From a virus: a stretch of DNA of 56,713 bases. Shown here in pieces: positions 53,421 to 56,713 of this stretch. The translations under genes were made by a program, and so were the position numbers. Below the pieces are notes generated by a model that saw only the letters and a program-made list of their open reading frames with translations, searched no databases and was not told the origin of the DNA. How positions within the stretch are numbered: the stretch's first letter is position 1; each line of letters begins with the position of its first letter. The stretch is taken from IMG/VR virus record IMGVR_UViG_3300027554_000002. The stretch is one strand, 5' to 3'.

Positions 53421-53448
53421 AGTATACAGACATCTAGCGATTAAGCAA
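53421..53448 (-). promoter_or_regulatory. Sigma70-type promoter P2: TTGCTT-N16-TATACT
   Basis: Member of the conserved early promoter family. Confidence 0.6.
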
Positions 53449-53461
53449 CAACTAGATGTCT
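53428..53461. promoter_or_regulatory. Perfect 10-bp inverted repeat AGACATCTAG-N14-CTAGATGTCT enclosing the -35 of P2
   Basis: Read directly. Confidence 0.6.
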
Positions 53462-53473
53462 TTTATTTTTAAC

Positions 53474-53767
53474 CTAAAGAACGCCGTTGAATACTGCGAA
53501 TTCTTCATCATCACATTTTTCCATTCTCACAAACTTAGCCGGTGCCCCCAATATCGCGCCCTGTTTGTATGATGCTGCTCGTAATTGCTTTTCCATTTCT
53601 GAATTAATATCATATTTACTTACTAGAACAAATTCACCAGCAATAAAGCATGCGGTCGTTATTCCAAATTGATCAGCGCCGTTTACCATAGCAACCGCAT
53701 TTTGCGTCATTTCGTCAATTAGGTGATCTTGGTTAGTTGTTGACATTACAGTGTTCATGTATTTCAT
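53474..53767 (-). CDS. Hypothetical protein (97 aa)
   Basis: ORF track; downstream of P1. Confidence 0.55.
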   Translation of the reverse strand: MKYMNTVMSTTNQDHLIDEMTQNAVAMVNGADQFGITTACFIAGEFVLVSKYDINSEMEKQLRAASYKQGAILGAPAKFVRMEKCDDEEFAVFNGVL

Positions 53768-53795
53768 TCGCTGTGGTTATGTAAGTGATGTGTCC

Positions 53796-53823
53796 AATAT
53801 ACAGTAATTATCACACCTAGCAA
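53796..53823 (-). promoter_or_regulatory. Sigma70-type promoter P1: TTGCTA-N16-TATATT
   Basis: Member of the conserved early promoter family. Confidence 0.6.
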
Positions 53824-53848
53824 CAACTATTTTCACCAGGTGTGATAA
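53808..53848. promoter_or_regulatory. Perfect 11-bp inverted repeat TTATCACACCT-N19-AGGTGTGATAA enclosing the -35 of P1
   Basis: Read directly. Confidence 0.6.
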
Positions 53849-53859
53849 ATGCGACCTAG

Positions 53860-54156
53860 TTAACACCTCCAACCGGATGGATCGCTTGCATCAAAATTAT
53901 CGCTTTCCTCGTGCATTGGCTGCAATACCGATTCCAACAACTCCACCACATCCCAACCAACAGGCTGAGCAACGTCCCAGTTCTCAATCTTCTGCAAAGC
54001 TGCCTTGGCTTGCTGAATGTGGAACTTCGCAGTTAGCGCGGCAGCATGTTGCATGGCTTCTTCTTTAGTATCGAACTCCGCTGTGAAGGCTTGCTTAGTG
54101 CCTTTCATGATGCGAAATTTGCCTTCTGCTGTTTCGTGTAATTTGCTGAATTTCAT
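53860..54156 (-). CDS. Hypothetical protein (98 aa). Start moved to the internal ATG (MKFSKLHE...).
   Basis: ACGGGG RBS-like element before ATG 54156. The longer track ORF would cover promoter P3 and the palindrome. Confidence 0.55.
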   Translation of the reverse strand: MKFSKLHETAEGKFRIMKGTKQAFTAEFDTKEEAMQHAAALTAKFHIQQAKAALQKIENWDVAQPVGWDVVELLESVLQPMHEESDNFDASDPSGWRC

Positions 54157-54182
54157 TATTAAGCCCCGTAGTTGATAAGTCC

Positions 54183-54210
54183 AATATACAGACGTTATCG
54201 GGCCTGGCAA
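54183..54210 (-). promoter_or_regulatory. Sigma70-type promoter P3: TTGCCA-N16-TATATT
   Basis: Member of the conserved early promoter family. Confidence 0.6.
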
Positions 54211-54237
54211 GCGAAACTTGAGAGAAGATGTGGTAAA

Positions 54238-54253
54238 TGTGACTTCAGTCACA
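54238..54253. promoter_or_regulatory. Perfect 16-bp palindrome TGTGACTTCAGTCACA (CRP-consensus-like TGTGA-N6-TCACA) upstream of P3
   Basis: Read directly. Its centre is about 38 bp upstream of the centre of the P3 -35 hexamer. Confidence 0.5.
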
Positions 54254-54260
54254 AAAAGGG

Positions 54261-54310
54261 GAAGTTCTACAGACTTCCATAGAAGTCTAGAAGTCTGTAG
54301 AAGTCTGTAG
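54261..54310. repeat. Decamer repeat array: TACAGACTTC (inverted), GAAGTCTA, GAAGTCTGTA, GAAGTCTGTA
   Basis: 54268-54277 inverted copy; 54282-54289 partial copy; 54290-54299 and 54300-54309 perfect tandem copies. Confidence 0.85.
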
Positions 54311-54313
54311 GCG

Positions 54314-54604
54314 TTAAGACTCGTCCTTATCTAACTCGATTAGCTGCATCGCAGACTTGAGCACTATATCTAAATCACTACCGTATACAACGAAGCCGCC
54401 ACTAGGCGTATTAGGAAAGAAGTCAAGCCTTACAACAATATCACGCTCTATCATATCTTTCATAACAGCCATATCGATATCCTTAGCTTCATTCTCCGTA
54501 AGCGTCTTAAGTAACCAGGCTTGGGCGCTTAAGCGTTCTATTAAATGCGGATCAACGTCCAGCACGAAGCCGCATTTGCATAGCCTTATAAAATCATTCA
54601 TCAT
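54314..54604 (-). CDS. Hypothetical protein (96 aa). Start moved to ATG 54604.
   Basis: AAGAGGA upstream; overlaps the upstream stop (ATGATGAATGA). Confidence 0.55.
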   Translation of the reverse strand: MMNDFIRLCKCGFVLDVDPHLIERLSAQAWLLKTLTENEAKDIDMAVMKDMIERDIVVRLDFFPNTPSGGFVVYGSDLDIVLKSAMQLIELDKDES

Positions 54605-54881
54605 CGTTAAGGCGTCCTCTTCTTGTTTTCGGATCTGAGTTAAGCTGCTCAAGTAATGTCCCCAAATTAAAGCAAGATGATACATCAATAGTCCCGTTTG
54701 TTATTACGTGCCATTTCCTAAGTGTTGTAAATGAAAGCTTCCCAAGCTTGACGCCATTAGCGAACAATTCGTTATCCCTAACATCATTATAATAAACGGA
54801 TACGACTCCATGCTTAATCGAATATTTCTTATCTGATGCTGCCATAATAATACTTTGCTCTATGATGGATTGAACGGGCAT
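54594..54881 (-). CDS. Hypothetical protein (95 aa)
   Basis: ORF track. Confidence 0.55.
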   Translation of the reverse strand: MPVQSIIEQSIIMAASDKKYSIKHGVVSVYYNDVRDNELFANGVKLGKLSFTTLRKWHVITNGTIDVSSCFNLGTLLEQLNSDPKTRRGRLNDDE

Positions 54882-54923
54882 TATAGCTCACTTTTATTTG
54901 TGTGTTTTCCGTGCAAGATATTG

Positions 54924-55178
54924 CTAACCGTTACCGCCTGTATTATTTACTAGATCATTAATCACAGTCATATTTCCAAGTTCAATATTCTTACCCACAA
55001 GTTCCATAATATACGCTGAACTGTGCTTAGTTTGATCTTGTAACGCAATAACTATACCTACCATTTGTGACATGAGCGCTAGTATCTCTTCAGCAGACAT
55101 CTTATCCGAATGTTTATTAACAATAGATTCAACGTCTTTTTTGAGTTGTTGATGAAATTCATTAGTAGGTATATCCAT
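54924..55178 (-). CDS. Hypothetical protein (84 aa)
   Basis: ORF track; TAATG overlap. Confidence 0.55.
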   Translation of the reverse strand: MDIPTNEFHQQLKKDVESIVNKHSDKMSAEEILALMSQMVGIVIALQDQTKHSSAYIMELVGKNIELGNMTVINDLVNNTGGNG

Positions 55179-55396
55179 TATTTGATAAGCTCCACGTCTA
55201 CCGCTGAATAGACAACAGGTTTAGAATCTGCCTTAGCGACTGTATAACTACGCATCAAAGGATTATAATCAGGAAACACATCGATTGTGTGGTCCTCTAA
55301 CCCGTTAACTTTACAGTAAGCATAGAATACCCTCGCGCAGAAATGATCCATAACTGCGAGCGCTATGCCGTTCTTAAGTATCAGTGTTCTCGTCAT
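55178..55396 (-). CDS. Hypothetical protein (72 aa). Start at ATG 55396.
   Basis: GAGGAGG lies 9 nt upstream of this ATG. Confidence 0.5.
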   Translation of the reverse strand: MTRTLILKNGIALAVMDHFCARVFYAYCKVNGLEDHTIDVFPDYNPLMRSYTVAKADSKPVVYSAVDVELIK

Positions 55397-55640
55397 CAAA
55401 AGCATCCTCCTCTAAAGGCGTCTTATCTACCGCAGGATCGACATTAGCATCTATGTATAAGTCCCGAAGCTGAGCTTCTAAACGAATCACTACATGCTGA
55501 GCCTTCCACAGTTGTGCTTCCAGGCTTGATATAGCAGCCAGCTGATCTGTTTTTTCTTCCAGCGCCTGGAAAGCCTCTCTAGCAGACTCATAGTCTTCTT
55601 TTAGTTTCTTGCCACCGCGCAGATTACTAAATTTATCCAT
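55374..55640 (-). CDS. Hypothetical acidic coiled-coil protein (88 aa)
   Basis: ORF track. Confidence 0.55.
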   Translation of the reverse strand: MDKFSNLRGGKKLKEDYESAREAFQALEEKTDQLAAISSLEAQLWKAQHVVIRLEAQLRDLYIDANVDPAVDKTPLEEDAFDDENTDT

Positions 55641-55860
55641 CGTCTTTATTCCTGTTAACAGCCCCAGTGAAGCCTTTCTTAAATGATGCGCAAAAAGTTA
55701 CGCAGAAGTTAATTATAAACGCTAACAGTCCTAGCGGATAGATAAGGTTTACTATTAACACGTATCTAAACTGCACCTTAGTAACTCTCTTGCTTAGTAT
55801 ATGCAGAGTAATGAAAAGGAAAACAAGATAACCACAAATGTACCACTGTATCCAACTCAT
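55633..55860 (-). CDS. Small membrane protein (75 aa, two hydrophobic segments)
   Basis: WYICGYLVFLFITLHIL and LIVNLIYPLGLLAFIINFCVTF; ATGA overlap. Confidence 0.55.
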   Translation of the reverse strand: MSWIQWYICGYLVFLFITLHILSKRVTKVQFRYVLIVNLIYPLGLLAFIINFCVTFCASFKKGFTGAVNRNKDDG

Positions 55861-56087
55861 TTATTAGGCTCTCCCGTATAATCCTCGTTTAGACCGAATC
55901 TGTTTACTGCACCGGCAGCAGTTACTATTGATACAAGCTCATCGGTATCTGTCCTTCTAATTTGATGGATACCTAACAGATAGTTAGCAATCATCGCGCA
56001 GCCAAATTGCCCTGTAGCCTTAGCCATCTCCAATTGTACAATATCAAAAGAACAGTGCATTTCATTACTAGTTATAGCTATAGGCAT
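55857..56087 (-). CDS. Hypothetical protein (76 aa). Start at ATG 56087.
   Basis: AAGGA 7 nt upstream. Confidence 0.5.
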   Translation of the reverse strand: MPIAITSNEMHCSFDIVQLEMAKATGQFGCAMIANYLLGIHQIRRTDTDELVSIVTAAGAVNRFGLNEDYTGEPNK

Positions 56088-56089
56088 AG

Positions 56090-56317
56090 TCAATCCTTAA
56101 AGATCATTTTCATGCCCATTACAGTAGGCGGGTTTATGTGTACTGTCGCGTCAAAGCCTATATCGGGAACGTGCAGGCAAGCGAAGTCAAATTGAGGACG
56201 TGTCACGTACACTCGCTTAGGCAGTGTAGAGTCATGTTTATCATGATGGGCTCTAACTGCATTATTGAGTTCCGTTAATGTGAAACGTGCGGGTAGGTGT
56301 GTTATATCTAAAATCAT
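56090..56317 (-). CDS. Hypothetical protein (75 aa)
   Basis: ORF track; TAA-ATG juxtaposition with the upstream gene. Confidence 0.5.
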   Translation of the reverse strand: MILDITHLPARFTLTELNNAVRAHHDKHDSTLPKRVYVTRPQFDFACLHVPDIGFDATVHINPPTVMGMKMIFKD

Positions 56318-56545
56318 TTAATGTATGTCCTCGAATTTAAAACAAGCGTCTACAACACCTCGATCAAACGCTTTCTCTTGTGGAATTTTATTGAATATAT
56401 GATTACATGCTTTACGTCTAATCAATTCAATTTCCCAGTTACGCAAAAAGAATACCTTGCATGCCCATAGGTATCCGCGCTCGTAAGCTTTATCGCATGC
56501 GTTTTGAATGCGTTCCTCTTTCCAGTCCTTATACCATTTAAACAT
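56318..56545 (-). CDS. Hypothetical protein (75 aa). Start moved to ATG 56545 (MFKWYKDW...).
   Basis: GAGGAG RBS; the ATG lies 1 nt after the TAA of the junction-spanning gene. Confidence 0.55.
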   Translation of the reverse strand: MFKWYKDWKEERIQNACDKAYERGYLWACKVFFLRNWEIELIRRKACNHIFNKIPQEKAFDRGVVDACFKFEDIH

Positions 56546-56546
56546 G

Positions 56547-56713
56547 TTATCTCCTCTGTTGTAACTGTTGTAACTGTTGTATATGTACATTGGCTAGTGT
56601 AACGGATCGCTCTATCATCCATTCTAGCTGTTCCTCTTGGAATGCTTTTATGTCATCGCGTGTAAATAGTTCAGCGCTTAAATGCTTTAATGCTTCCGCT
56701 AAATATTCATCAC
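56547..56713 (-). CDS. 3' part of the junction-spanning gene (same gene as 1..302; the segment 56587..56713 is the duplicate of 1..127)
   Basis: Frame continuity across the junction; TAA at 56549-56547. Confidence 0.6.
   Translation of the reverse strand, partial: DEYLAEALKHLSAELFTRDDIKAFQEEQLEWMIERSVTLANVHIQQLQQLQQRR
56556..56581. repeat. 9-bp tandem repeat ctgttgtaa x2.9 (encodes QQLQQLQQ on the minus strand)
   Basis: Read directly. Confidence 0.85.
56587..56713. repeat. Terminal duplication, copy 2 (identical to 1-127)
   Basis: Direct comparison. Confidence 0.95.

Noticed and set aside
53860-54252. N-terminal extensions of track ORFs 53860..54252, 53017..53433, 1943..2272 and 56318..56590
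   Set aside because: The extensions would cover promoter and operator elements and lack RBSs. Internal ATGs with good Shine-Dalgarno sequences were preferred.
54261-54310. Short repeat arrays (here, and the 21-bp and 9-bp tandems at 50665 and 56556) as CRISPR arrays
   Set aside because: The repeats are 9-21 bp, directly abutting with no spacers, and two of the three are inside coding sequence. No cas genes are present.

Overview
The window is a complete, closed genome of a tailed dsDNA phage. The last 127 bp repeat the first 127 bp exactly, so the unique length is 56,586 bp, and one ORF reads straight through the junction. Two divergent gene arms leave an A+T-rich control region (about 2273-2837) and converge at 24719-24874.

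Plus arm (2.8-24.7 kb), early and DNA-metabolism genes:
- Tat-signal protein, MazG-like protein and an HTH protein.
- Primase-polymerase/helicase, RNase H, ThyX and a DUF3310 protein.
- Sak4-like ATPase, DUF669 protein and a Cas4-like nuclease.
- J-domain protein and an SF2 helicase.
- Three genes that share a C-terminal module.
- A five-gene 7-deazaguanine DNA-modification cluster (queE-queC-queD-folE-dpdA).
- A beta-clamp-like protein and a family-B DNA polymerase.

Minus arm (2.2 kb, through the junction, down to 24.9 kb):
- About 20 small early ORFs driven by a family of near-identical sigma70-type promoters with palindromes, a CRP-like site and decamer repeats.
- An accessory block: a Sec-secreted FN3-like/Ala-rich protein, an in-frame post-UGA ORF, a GH16-like glycanase and a resolvase-like nuclease.
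- terS-terL-portal-MuF-like head genes.
- An A+T-rich membrane/lysis cassette (GH108 endolysin) inserted inside the head module.
- Scaffold, major capsid protein, connectors and tail tube.
- A tail chaperone with a -1 frameshift, a 1768-aa tape measure, and three distal tail proteins, two of which carry CBM-like modules.

I recognised no tRNA, rRNA, CRISPR array, integrase, transposase or DNA methyltransferase. All functional calls come from motifs read by eye in the supplied translations; no searches were run.
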